Below, piece after piece: positions 47,064 through 56,542 of a DNA stretch of 61,646 bases. The position numbers and the translations under genes were made by a program. This stretch comes from Chloroflexota bacterium (GTDB taxonomy: Bacteria > Chloroflexota > Limnocylindria > Limnocylindrales > CSP1-4): contig PMXQ01000089.1 in assembly GCA_003171065.1 (NCBI GenBank), forward strand, positions 3,325 through 64,970. Reading direction: 5' to 3'. How positions within the stretch are numbered: the first letter of the stretch is position 1; the number at the start of each line of letters is the position of its first letter. The notes beneath the pieces were generated by a model that was not told where the DNA came from, did not search any database, and saw only the letters and a list, made by a program, of their open reading frames with translations.

Positions 47064-49583
47064 TCACGAAGCCGCGGCCTCCTCCACTAGGAGTGGCCCA
47101 AAGCCTGAGCCCTCTGCGACCAAAGCCTCGAGCTTGTCCGCGTTGACTGGCTCAATGGAGGAGAACTCCCTCCCGGACACGGCTGCGAAGATCGGGCGGC
47201 CCAGCGCGATGGCAACGATAGCCCCGTCGGCGCGCAGCCGGACTCCGGCACCCCTTCGGTACGAGAGCGCTGCGCGGGCCAGAGCGACGGCGCGTGGGTC
47301 GGTTAGCACATTGCCGAGTCCTTGAGCGCTGACTTCCACTCCATACAAGGGGTGAGCGACCTTGTCGATCTTCACCTGTCCAGTCCCGAGTAGTGCCGAG
47401 ATTCGCTCACACCAGTGGTCGTCATCGGTGTAACTGGCCACGAAATCCAGCCGCGCCGATAGTGCATCCTCGGTCACCGCCGAACCGATGAGACTCGATG
47501 CCAGAGAGGCTGCTGCCGCCGATGGTCGGAAGACGCCCCAGGCGACACCCGGGATCAGAAACGGCTGCCACTCGAAGAAGGCGTCCGTACCGGCGTCCCG
47601 CAAGGCGGCATGAGCGAGTGCAGCGGCAACCTCCGGCGCCGGAGTCTCGGCCAGGGCGGCTAGGGCGGGCGCTCGCTCGTCCTCGGTCATACCGCCAAGG
47701 TATCCGGTGGCGCGTTCGCGCCTGATGAAGGCACCGAATAGGACCCCTAGCAGCTTCACCAGGCGATCGCGTTTGATCCAGCCCTGAGGCCAGATTTCCG
47801 CAATGGCACTCAGGAGGGCGCTGTAGTGCCGGACCTGCGCTGTCTCCCCGTACCACCTGGAGACTCGATTATCGGTCAACGCCAGCGACCAGCGAGCGAG
47901 GACGTTATAGGCGCGCAAGCCGACCTTCGGCTCGCCTGGGCCTTCGGACGGCGGCCGTTCCACGTGGGTCCCGTCGATTAGCCGGAGAACCGTGGGCGAC
48001 GGGGCGCGATGGAGCATCTCCTCCAGAAGCCAGAGGAGTTCGTCATCGGCAAACACACGATTGCCGAATCGGTGGTAACCGGCGGAGCGGGGGTCTGCGT
48101 CCAAGCCGTCGCGCAGGAGACGCTCCCAGAAGGTGTCGTCTACCTCGCCCTCATCGACTTCGCCAGCCTGGGCGTGACGCCCGGCCGGAGTATCTCCGAT
48201 ATCGAAGAGACCCAGGCTGTTGAGCCCCGCCATGAGACGTCCGAGCGGATGGTTCATATCCATCGCTTCCATCTCGCGAGGCCGATCTGGTCCGGGATCG
48301 CGGGAGCGAAGCGTCGCCTCAAGGTCGGCACGGATGTCGAGCGGCACCGAGTTGGAGAGGCGCTCGCCCGTGGTGTCTTCAAGCCAGACCAGGTCGGGAA
48401 TCTGGTCCCCCAGCATCTCGACCGAGACGCCGTCTTCAATGCCGACGCGAATTGATCCATCGGTTAGAAGGCCGGAGCCGGAGTCCGGCCTGGCCGCGAC
48501 AGTGATCCGGCGGTCGTAGCCGAGGGTAGCGGCGATCAGGCGGACCTTAGGCAAAGCCACCTCGGTCGAGCGCTTGAACTCGAACTGGTGCATTGACTCA
48601 ATCCCAAGCGGTGTCATCGTGGAGTCTGGCGGGACGAAAAGGGCCCTAGCGTCGCCCGACGTCATCTGCCAGACGACGCCCGCTTCGGCGTTCCCGGTCA
48701 GGGCAGTCTTCAGGAGCGCCGGTGAGGACGCGTTCGCGGAGCCCGAGAGGACGGTAGCGTTGTCTCCATCAAGGAGTCCGAACAGCTTGGCGTGGACGAA
48801 CTCCTGTGGTTCGGCCGCGAAGACCTGGTACGGCCGCCCTCCGGAATCCAGCAGGCCGACCAGCTTGGCCCCGTCCACGCTGGTCGGCAGGCCAAAGTAG
48901 CCGACGATCTTCCGCGGCTGGGAGCCTTCGATCAGGGCCGATAGTGCGGTCAACTCGGAATCGAAGAAGGGCGCCTCGAAATGCAGCTCGTCAATTGGTG
49001 CCGTGGCCCCGGCGCGACCTGCCATCCGTAGGAGCTGCTCCAAGATGGGGCTGCGCCAATTGGTGATGAACCGCGACCCTGTTGTGTCCGCTGGCAACCA
49101 GCGGACCTGCCCCAGTAGCGCGCCCCAGCGCAGGCGGAGCAGCGGCTCGTCCACGAAGGCCACCACCTCGTTCATCCACTCACGCCAAGATGCGAATGCG
49201 GGGCCGTCCTGCTCAGAGTGGAACCGGCAGTAGATCTCTTTGCCGTTGTCGAGGCCGCCGAAGCCGACGTTGCCCGAACCCACCAGGAGGACCCCCTCCC
49301 GGTCGTTGGCGAGGAGGATTGTCTTGGGGTGGAACACGCCTGCCGGCAGGGCGACGCCCCGTATCAGGTAGGTTCGACCTGCCCCTCGGATGCTCCACCG
49401 CTCGCCCGGCCCGATGCCCGCCCACGTCCGCGACAAGCGGTCCTGATCAGCCAGCACCACGATGTTTAGTGGCGGCTCGCCCAGCCGCCGGGCAAGAACC
49501 GTTTCGAGAAATGGCGGCTCGAAGGTGTACGTGGTCATCCAGCACACGGTCCAGCGGGCCGTGAATTCGGCGAGGACCTTCAT
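47064..49583 (-). CDS. PLD-family (HKD) predicted nuclease with ~500-aa unknown C-terminal region
   Basis: 839 aa from MKVLAEF. HKD motif 1 is FHPKTILLANDREGVLLVGSGNVG and HKD motif 2 is VHAKLFGLLDGDNATVLSGSANAS. The ATG overlaps the stop of the upstream gene (ATGA, 49580-49583). Confidence 0.8.
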   Translation of the reverse strand: MKVLAEFTARWTVCWMTTYTFEPPFLETVLARRLGEPPLNIVVLADQDRLSRTWAGIGPGERWSIRGAGRTYLIRGVALPAGVFHPKTILLANDREGVLLVGSGNVGFGGLDNGKEIYCRFHSEQDGPAFASWREWMNEVVAFVDEPLLRLRWGALLGQVRWLPADTTGSRFITNWRSPILEQLLRMAGRAGATAPIDELHFEAPFFDSELTALSALIEGSQPRKIVGYFGLPTSVDGAKLVGLLDSGGRPYQVFAAEPQEFVHAKLFGLLDGDNATVLSGSANASSPALLKTALTGNAEAGVVWQMTSGDARALFVPPDSTMTPLGIESMHQFEFKRSTEVALPKVRLIAATLGYDRRITVAARPDSGSGLLTDGSIRVGIEDGVSVEMLGDQIPDLVWLEDTTGERLSNSVPLDIRADLEATLRSRDPGPDRPREMEAMDMNHPLGRLMAGLNSLGLFDIGDTPAGRHAQAGEVDEGEVDDTFWERLLRDGLDADPRSAGYHRFGNRVFADDELLWLLEEMLHRAPSPTVLRLIDGTHVERPPSEGPGEPKVGLRAYNVLARWSLALTDNRVSRWYGETAQVRHYSALLSAIAEIWPQGWIKRDRLVKLLGVLFGAFIRRERATGYLGGMTEDERAPALAALAETPAPEVAAALAHAALRDAGTDAFFEWQPFLIPGVAWGVFRPSAAAASLASSLIGSAVTEDALSARLDFVASYTDDDHWCERISALLGTGQVKIDKVAHPLYGVEVSAQGLGNVLTDPRAVALARAALSYRRGAGVRLRADGAIVAIALGRPIFAAVSGREFSSIEPVNADKLEALVAEGSGFGPLLVEEAAAS

Positions 49584-51193
49584 TGGCCGAACGCTCGTGC
49601 CACCAGGGCCACGCCATCCGGAGTCAGGACCGTCTGCCCGTCTGCCGGCTGCCAGAACTCGATGTCCTTGGTCAGGCTCTTCAGGGTTCGTGCTCGGATG
49701 TTGCCCGGGTCCGTCCAAGAGAACGGGTGGCCGTAGAAGCGAAGGCTGCCCATCTCCCAGCGGAAGCGGAAAGTGAACTCCGGGAGCTTGGAGTATGCAA
49801 TACGTTCATGGGTCCGGATGACGAAATGGTTGAGAAGCCAGGCAAGGGACTCGGCAACCGTGGGGTTGTCGGCGAGGTGAAGATCGAACAGGGCCATCAT
49901 TCGAATCAGCCCGGGTTGCCATTCGCCGTCGATCCGGCCGAACTCGCCCCAGTCCGGCTCGGAGGCCTCGGCCTCAGGTAGAGCCGCCCGAACGAGGAGC
50001 ATATGGCAGATCCCGGCAACTGCGGATGTAGCCGCCCTCGGGTCAGCAACCAGGCTCGGCAGGTCGGCCGGCAAGAAGCCCAGCCTCAACTCTTCGTCGA
50101 GATCGCGGGTTAGCCGGCCGGCGTGGACGTCTATCTCAGACTCGCCCACCTTCACCTTGGCACTGGCCAGATCATTGATGGCACTGGCCAGCTCCTCGTG
50201 GGTAAGACCTGCTCCAGTGTCGCGGTTCAGCAGCGCAGGCCCGGCGTTCCGCCACACAATCATGAGTGCCATCTGGGCCCAATGGCCGGCTGCCACGACT
50301 GCCCAACGTGAGAGAGCGCGTGTGTACGCGGCTCCGACGATCCGCGGCGTCTCCACGAACGCCCGCCACGTTGCCCGCCGAAGGTCCTCGTCGGACGCGC
50401 CCACGTCTTTGTCGCGGCTCAGCAGATCGAGGAACAGGGCGATACCTTCTCGTCTGGCTCGAACCTCCGCCGGATCAACCGCAGGGTCCGGTTCAACGAG
50501 AACCTGACGTAGCAGGTCCCGTTCTTGCGGGAAGTCGACCAGCCGACAGAGACAGGCCTTCGAGGCGTACTCGACCAGCACCTCCTCGGGGATGGCCTCC
50601 TCGTTGTCGATGTAGCCCTCCATGACGTAGCGTGTGTCGGCGACCGCCTGGCCGAAGGCTTGGGCGAGGGCGGTGGCGCGGCCCGGGCGCCGTATGACGT
50701 CTACTGGCGTCGGGACTTCGCCCAACAGAGTCCCCGCAGGAGCCACGACGCCGAGCCTGCTCATCGGGCTGCCGTAGTAGAGACCGTATCCGCCGCCCTC
50801 GCTATCCACCGATATTCCCCGTTCATAGCTCGCAGGGCGAGTGGCAGTGGCGCGACCCGCGTTGTTTGCGCCGACGGCGCTGGAACCGCAGTGGTTCGGG
50901 CAAAGCTTGACGGCCAGCGCGTATTCGTAGTCGCGAGCCCTGACGTAGTTCTGGAGGGCCCTATTCGTGGGCGTGCGCCGCAGGTCTTCGTAGCGCTGCA
51001 GCAAGTACGCGTAGAACGAGAAGTATCGGGCTCTTTCCGAGAGGGCCAGGATGCCGGGCAGCAAGCGACCGATCACTCGATCCTGCGTGATCGTCTGGAT
51101 ACCGAGGGGGTCGCCACCGGTCTTGAAGAGGGACGAGCGCTCGATCCACTGCGGCCCGGTTGGGTTCGGCTCGCTCACGGCCCCGATCTCCAT
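49580..51193 (-). CDS. Unknown 537-aa protein, translationally coupled to the PLD gene
   Basis: Clean ORF with GAGAGG 5 nt before ATG 51193 (the track uses GTG 51199). Helix-rich composition, with the conserved-looking N-terminal block GGDPLGIQ...LLPGILALSERARYFSFYAYLL. No motif I can assign. Confidence 0.7.
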   Translation of the reverse strand: MEIGAVSEPNPTGPQWIERSSLFKTGGDPLGIQTITQDRVIGRLLPGILALSERARYFSFYAYLLQRYEDLRRTPTNRALQNYVRARDYEYALAVKLCPNHCGSSAVGANNAGRATATRPASYERGISVDSEGGGYGLYYGSPMSRLGVVAPAGTLLGEVPTPVDVIRRPGRATALAQAFGQAVADTRYVMEGYIDNEEAIPEEVLVEYASKACLCRLVDFPQERDLLRQVLVEPDPAVDPAEVRARREGIALFLDLLSRDKDVGASDEDLRRATWRAFVETPRIVGAAYTRALSRWAVVAAGHWAQMALMIVWRNAGPALLNRDTGAGLTHEELASAINDLASAKVKVGESEIDVHAGRLTRDLDEELRLGFLPADLPSLVADPRAATSAVAGICHMLLVRAALPEAEASEPDWGEFGRIDGEWQPGLIRMMALFDLHLADNPTVAESLAWLLNHFVIRTHERIAYSKLPEFTFRFRWEMGSLRFYGHPFSWTDPGNIRARTLKSLTKDIEFWQPADGQTVLTPDGVALVARAFGQ

Positions 51194-51259
51194 GGCCACC
51201 TCTCTGCGATGCGGTAACCGCCTACGATGTCGTCCGGGGGCAGCCTCGGCGACCGGTTC

Positions 51260-53530
51260 TCATCCCAAAGCGTCCAGCTTACGGATCAGAGCAGCTGTCT
51301 CAGGGTCGGGTTCAACGACCTCGGGTTCCTCTTCATGGCTGTATGACACCCAGCGGACGCCTCTGCTCTCGATACGATCGTAGAAGTAGACCGCATCCTG
51401 CACTGACTCAGGGCTTCGCCGCAGTCGAATGAGCGGCGCAAGTCTCAGCATCAGCGACGCGTCGTCCTCGATCAAGTACAGGCAGCCATCCTCAGGCCAG
51501 TCCCTCACCTTGACGGACCCGCGTCGGAACAGAGCCCTGGATCCAGTGAGGTGCTCTACGCTCGCGGAGATCACGCCGGCCTTTAGACTGCCCTGGCCAG
51601 CTCGGACGAGTTCCCATCCGGTGAAGGCGTCAGAAAGGGCCTCGCGAAGTCTGGCCAGAGTTCCCTCCGCCTGGGTCAATCGGCGCTCCCACTCCGCAGG
51701 TCCGACCACCGCCGCGTGCCCAATCCAGTTGCGCCGGTACTCGGCGGCTTCCTGCTCGAGCAGCCGCACAACCGCCTTGCTGGCGATGGCGTTCAGCCGC
51801 TCTATGTCTGAAAGAGCAAACAGCTCCTGGGCCTTGGTTGGATCCGAGGCAACGAGCTGACGAGTCTTGGCGGCCAGTCGAGCTAACAGGTTTGCCCAGA
51901 TACCAATCGATGCTCGGTCGTATGGGTCTTTCGCAGTTCCTCTCCGGATCGCGTCCTGAAGCAGTCCTGGGTCGCGCTCGAGAGCCGAATAGTGGATCTC
52001 GACGAGGACGACGACCAGGGCCTCGAACAGGTTCACTAAGAAGCGGCAGCGGCGCTCTGGATCGTCCGAGGCTCGGTAGCGCCAGATGACGGAAGCGAGC
52101 GGATACGGCAGTGACTCCATCCATCGCTCGAAGCCGTCTCCTTCGAGGACCCTACCCAGGCCCGCTTCGATCCTGGCGACGCTGAGCGGGCGATCCCACA
52201 GCTCCTTCTCGAGGGCTTGGAGACTCAGCCCCAGCTCAGAGAGTCGTGAACTAAGCCGCACGGTCGCGCGCTGCTGCTCAAGACTGGCGGGCAGGTAGAA
52301 CTCGCCCGCCGTCAGGCTCTCGATGGAGATCTGGGGGATCGTGGTCCCCGAAGTCAGCTGCCGGCGGACCCGCCGCCCGAGGGCCGAGCCAAGGAACGCC
52401 GCCACATACTCGCTCTCGGCGACCTCGGGGTTGATCTGCAGCTGGATATAGTTCTGCGATTTGATCTGGAACTGATCAGGCGAAGTCACGGCGGAAGACG
52501 TACCGAGCTTGGGCACGTATACGCAGTTGGGAAGCGATGGGAAAGGCTCGCCGCTGGCCGTCGGCCGCTTCACCGACACAGCCAGCTTCTCCACCGCGAT
52601 GGCCTGAAGTCCGCTTCGACGAGCGGCCTCGCGAAGTTCGAGCAGGGCGAAACTCTGTCTCGGCGGGACCAGATCCGTGCGCGGCACTAGGCGACCGAGC
52701 TCCGGGAGGGCTCCGTTGCGGCGCGCCCGTAGGTTGGCCAGCAGGATCTCCTGGTCAGCCTGGGCATCAACCTGACCCAGGAAGACCGAGTCCTGAGACT
52801 CCTGGGTGAGGACCACCACGTTCAACGGAATGGACAGTCCCGCGAACGTCCGGGTTGGCAGAGCAAGTACAGCTGTGATGCCGACTCCGACGGCCTGCAG
52901 ACAGGCTTGCGTCGATAGCCCGTCCGTAGTCCGAAGAAAGCCGTCCGGCAGCACCACAAGCATCGACCCGCCTGGGCTCAGCTTCAGCGCGGCTTGGACA
53001 ATCATCGTGTAGGTCGCGCTGGCCCTCAGGTTGAGACTTCGGTCTGGCACCGACAACGTTCTCGGTGGCAGACCCAGAGGAGGCGATCCAACGACGAGAT
53101 CGAACTGGCCGATGTCGGTGTCCAGAAGCTGCCCGGCGTCTCCGAGAAGCCATTCGATGCGGGGACTCGGGAACAGCTCGGCCGCCAGTTCGTGGACCTC
53201 AGTGTTGATCTCGATCCCGACACCCTGCTGAAGTCGACCGGCATCGTCGAAGTCTCGGAGCGTCAGACCCAACCCGGCCCACGGATCGAGTACGCGAAGG
53301 TCCGACCGATCGCCGGCCAGGGCAACCATGAAGTCGGCGACGAAGATCGGATCGGCGATTTCGGGGCCACTCCGGTCATCGGCTATGAGATGAGCGCAGT
53401 CCCGCCAGTCCTTGATGAAACCTTTCCGGATAGCTTCGCCAACCACGGCGACTGGCCCTGGGAAACGCGCGCCGCGGACATCGTCGGCGAGCTTCCACCG
53501 CAGCTCCGACCAGTTGACCGCGCTCTCCAT
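51260..53530 (-). CDS. N6-adenine-MTase-like domain fused to an HsdS-type target-recognition domain and a ~300-aa unknown C-terminal domain
   Basis: 756 aa. Motif I is VLDPWAGLG and motif IV is VVGSPPLG, with Leu where an aromatic residue is expected. TRD-like segment is AAFLGSALGRRVRRQLTSGTTIPQISIESL...LPASLEQQRATV. The ATG lies 15 nt downstream of the hsdR stop. Confidence 0.75.
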   Translation of the reverse strand: MESAVNWSELRWKLADDVRGARFPGPVAVVGEAIRKGFIKDWRDCAHLIADDRSGPEIADPIFVADFMVALAGDRSDLRVLDPWAGLGLTLRDFDDAGRLQQGVGIEINTEVHELAAELFPSPRIEWLLGDAGQLLDTDIGQFDLVVGSPPLGLPPRTLSVPDRSLNLRASATYTMIVQAALKLSPGGSMLVVLPDGFLRTTDGLSTQACLQAVGVGITAVLALPTRTFAGLSIPLNVVVLTQESQDSVFLGQVDAQADQEILLANLRARRNGALPELGRLVPRTDLVPPRQSFALLELREAARRSGLQAIAVEKLAVSVKRPTASGEPFPSLPNCVYVPKLGTSSAVTSPDQFQIKSQNYIQLQINPEVAESEYVAAFLGSALGRRVRRQLTSGTTIPQISIESLTAGEFYLPASLEQQRATVRLSSRLSELGLSLQALEKELWDRPLSVARIEAGLGRVLEGDGFERWMESLPYPLASVIWRYRASDDPERRCRFLVNLFEALVVVLVEIHYSALERDPGLLQDAIRRGTAKDPYDRASIGIWANLLARLAAKTRQLVASDPTKAQELFALSDIERLNAIASKAVVRLLEQEAAEYRRNWIGHAAVVGPAEWERRLTQAEGTLARLREALSDAFTGWELVRAGQGSLKAGVISASVEHLTGSRALFRRGSVKVRDWPEDGCLYLIEDDASLMLRLAPLIRLRRSPESVQDAVYFYDRIESRGVRWVSYSHEEEPEVVEPDPETAALIRKLDALG

Positions 53531-53545
53531 TGGACCGCCCCACTG

Positions 53546-56542
53546 CTAGGTTGCGTCGCCCGTTGCTCTTGCCTGCGTGAACACCCGCCGCAGGTAGTGG
53601 TTCATCACGATCGACTGGAACGCCGGGTCATCGAGGATGCGCTGGAAGATGTCCTGGTTGTCATCCATGCGGCCGACGATGCTCTTGATGAAGGCGTCCG
53701 CGAAGACGAGCTTGAAGTTCTCGATCGGGTTGGCGCGCGCCTGGGCGACCAGCTGCTCGTCGCCGAGCCAGGTCGCTTCCATCTGGTCGAAGAAGAGCTG
53801 ATCGGCCGGACCGAGTGCCGTGCCGAAGTGGTCGTTGAGCACTGAGATGATCGCGGACAGGCGCTCCTGCTCTTCCTCGGTCTGCTTGCCTTCGCCTGAG
53901 TAGATGGCCTTCAGCTCGCCCGTGCCCTTGTCTGGACCGATGTCGCCCTCGCCGGTCTTCTCCAGGCGCAGGTGCGTCAGCTCCACCTCCGAGCCGAGGT
54001 CGAGACGGCCGCCACCCTCGGACGGCAGCAGCGACTGCAGCGCACGGCTGGTCAGATACAGGGCCTCTAGGAAGACATCGCCGAAGTCCACGACCTGGCT
54101 GAGGAACGAGTAGGCGCGGACGAACTGATCGAGAGCGTCGCGGACCTCATCCTGCTCCTCGGGTCGCTTGGCCTTGAACCGCTCCACGGCCGGTGCCAAC
54201 TGCGCGTACACGGCGCCGTGGTCGCTGACCTTCTTACTCCGGTCGGCGATGAGCGCGGCCACGGCGCGCGCCTCCACGTCGTCGAGCACCTGAAGCGAGA
54301 GCAGCCGGTCGGCGAGGTCGTGGAGGAGGTTCGGGTCGGTCGGCTCCGCCACGGTCGTCTCATACCAGGGCGCGAATGCCTCGGTGATCGCCTCGGCCTC
54401 GTTTCGGAAGTCGAGTACGAACGTGTCGTTCTTCTCGGGATGGATCCGGTTGAGACGGCTCAGCGTCTGGACCGCGGCCAGCCCAACGAGCGTCTTGTCG
54501 ACGAACATCGTGTGCAGGAGAGGCTGGTCGTAACCGGTCTGGAACTTCTCGGCCACGATCAGGACGCCGAACTCCGGCCCGCCGAACTGGGCCGCGGTCT
54601 GCGACTCGGGGAAGCCGTTCATTCCGGATTCGCTGAAGTCGATGCCGGCGTCGTCCACCTTGCCGGAGAAGGCCACGAGTGCACGGGTGTCGGAGTAGCC
54701 GTGCTCGGCGATGTAGCGGTCGATGGCCTGCTTGTAGCGGACGGCGTGCAGGCGCGAGCTGGTCACTACCATCGCCTTGCCCTTGCCGCCGATCTTGTGG
54801 CGGGTGTGCTCGCGGAAGTGCTCGACGATGATCTCGGCCTTCTGGGAGATGTTGTGCGGGTGCAGCGAGACGAAGCGGGCGATCGACCGGCGCGCTCGGC
54901 GTTTCTCATAGACCGGGTCGTCGCTGACCGCCTTGCCGACCTTCCAGTACAGCTTGTAGGTCGTGTAGTTAGCCAGCACATCGAGGATGAAGCCCTCCTC
55001 GATGGCCTGGCGCATCGAGTACAGATGGAAGGGCACATGCACGCCGTCCGCGTTCAGCCGGCCGAATAGCTCAAGCGTCCGTCCCTTGGGCGTCGCGGTG
55101 AAGGCGAAGAACGAGAGGTTCGGTTGGTGGCCACGAGCGGCCACGGTAGAGGCGAGGGCGTCCTGTGGATCGGGCGGCGTGGCTGTGGCGTCAGCCTGCT
55201 CGGCGAGGGCGAGCTGCGCCTCGATCGAGGCAGAGCCGAGAGCCGCCTTCAGGTCCTTGGCGGCCTCGCCGGTCTGGCTCGAGTGCGCCTCGTCCACGAT
55301 GACCGCGAAGCGCCGATGGCCGAGGTTCTTGACCTTGTCAAGCGTGAAGGGGAACTTCTGGAGAGTCGTGATGACGATCCGGAACTGGTCACCCATGAGC
55401 GCGTCGGCCAGCTGCGTGCTGTCCTGCAGAAGCGGCGTGACCACGCCGGTAGCGTGCTCGAACTGGAAGATCGTCTCCTGGAGTTGGCGATCGAGGATGA
55501 CCCGGTCGGTTATCACCACGACCTTGTCGAAGACCGGATGATCGTCCAGGCCGTGCAGCGACATCAAGCGATGAGCGAGCCAGGCGATCGTATTGGACTT
55601 GCCGGAACCGGCCGAATGCTGGACGAGGTAGCTCCGTCCCGAGCCTTCTTCGCGCGCCGCCGCCTCCATCCTACGGACGGCGTCCCACTGGTGATAGCGC
55701 GGGAAGATCGTTGAGCCCGAACGCATCTTCGCGGCATGGGTCGATCCTTCGCCGGGCACGACGTGGATGAAGCGGCCCAGCAGGTCGAGCCAGGCGTCGC
55801 GAGCCCAGACTTGCTCCCAGAGGTATCGCGTCCGGTGGCCGTCGGGGTCGGGCGGGTTGCCCTTGCCGCCGGCGTTGCCCCGATTGAACGGCAAGAAGCC
55901 CGTCTTCTCGCCTGCGAGCCGCGTCGTCATCTCGACCGACTCGGGATCGACCGCGAAGTGCACCAGCGCCCGCCGGCCCAGGGTGACGTTGGCCGGGTCG
56001 CGATCGGTGCGGTACTGGTGCTTGGCGTGCTCGACGGTCTGGTGCGTGAGCGGGTTCTTCAGCTCTGCTGTCGCGACCGGGATGCCGTTGACGAAGAGGC
56101 ACAGATCGAGGGTCTTCGCCGCCGTCGGCTCGTATGGGAGCTGGCGGGTGACAGTGAGGCGGTTCGCGAGGTATCGCTCGGTCAGCTCGGGCGTGAGGCC
56201 GTGGGCCGGCTTGAAGAACGCCACGCGCACCTCGATGCCGTGGTCGTTGACGCCATGCCGCAGGACGTCGACCGTGCCGCGTTCGTCGATCTGCTTGGCC
56301 AGTCGATCGGCGAACTGTTGGTGCGCGCCGACCTCGCCGCCGTGAACCGCGACGAGACGCTCCCACACCTTGGGCTGCGTCTCGACCATGAAGGCGAACA
56401 GCTCGGCCGTGTCGAGCCCGCGGGTCCGATCGAAGTCCGCGGACCACTCGGGCTTGGTGCCCCATTTGCAGACGCGGTATCCACCCCGCTCGGCGAGGCT
56501 AACCGTGATCGCATCCTCGAAACCGCGCTCCGACACCGTCAT
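53546..56542 (-). CDS. hsdR: Type I restriction enzyme R subunit
   Basis: 998 aa from MTVSERGFEDAI. Walker A SAGSGKSNT, DEAH box VIVDEAHSSQTG, and type I R N-terminal nuclease and C-terminal domains. The ATG overlaps the hsdS stop (ATGA). The track ORF is over-extended to 56896. Confidence 0.9.
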   Translation of the reverse strand: MTVSERGFEDAITVSLAERGGYRVCKWGTKPEWSADFDRTRGLDTAELFAFMVETQPKVWERLVAVHGGEVGAHQQFADRLAKQIDERGTVDVLRHGVNDHGIEVRVAFFKPAHGLTPELTERYLANRLTVTRQLPYEPTAAKTLDLCLFVNGIPVATAELKNPLTHQTVEHAKHQYRTDRDPANVTLGRRALVHFAVDPESVEMTTRLAGEKTGFLPFNRGNAGGKGNPPDPDGHRTRYLWEQVWARDAWLDLLGRFIHVVPGEGSTHAAKMRSGSTIFPRYHQWDAVRRMEAAAREEGSGRSYLVQHSAGSGKSNTIAWLAHRLMSLHGLDDHPVFDKVVVITDRVILDRQLQETIFQFEHATGVVTPLLQDSTQLADALMGDQFRIVITTLQKFPFTLDKVKNLGHRRFAVIVDEAHSSQTGEAAKDLKAALGSASIEAQLALAEQADATATPPDPQDALASTVAARGHQPNLSFFAFTATPKGRTLELFGRLNADGVHVPFHLYSMRQAIEEGFILDVLANYTTYKLYWKVGKAVSDDPVYEKRRARRSIARFVSLHPHNISQKAEIIVEHFREHTRHKIGGKGKAMVVTSSRLHAVRYKQAIDRYIAEHGYSDTRALVAFSGKVDDAGIDFSESGMNGFPESQTAAQFGGPEFGVLIVAEKFQTGYDQPLLHTMFVDKTLVGLAAVQTLSRLNRIHPEKNDTFVLDFRNEAEAITEAFAPWYETTVAEPTDPNLLHDLADRLLSLQVLDDVEARAVAALIADRSKKVSDHGAVYAQLAPAVERFKAKRPEEQDEVRDALDQFVRAYSFLSQVVDFGDVFLEALYLTSRALQSLLPSEGGGRLDLGSEVELTHLRLEKTGEGDIGPDKGTGELKAIYSGEGKQTEEEQERLSAIISVLNDHFGTALGPADQLFFDQMEATWLGDEQLVAQARANPIENFKLVFADAFIKSIVGRMDDNQDIFQRILDDPAFQSIVMNHYLRRVFTQARATGDAT

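Noticed and set aside
47064-53530. Assignment of the MTase / unknown / PLD trio to DISARM or BREX
   Set aside because: DISARM requires the DrmA helicase and DrmB (DUF1998). BREX requires PglZ and BrxC, usually with BrxL, BrxA or BrxB. None of these is present anywhere in the window, so I did not give it either name.
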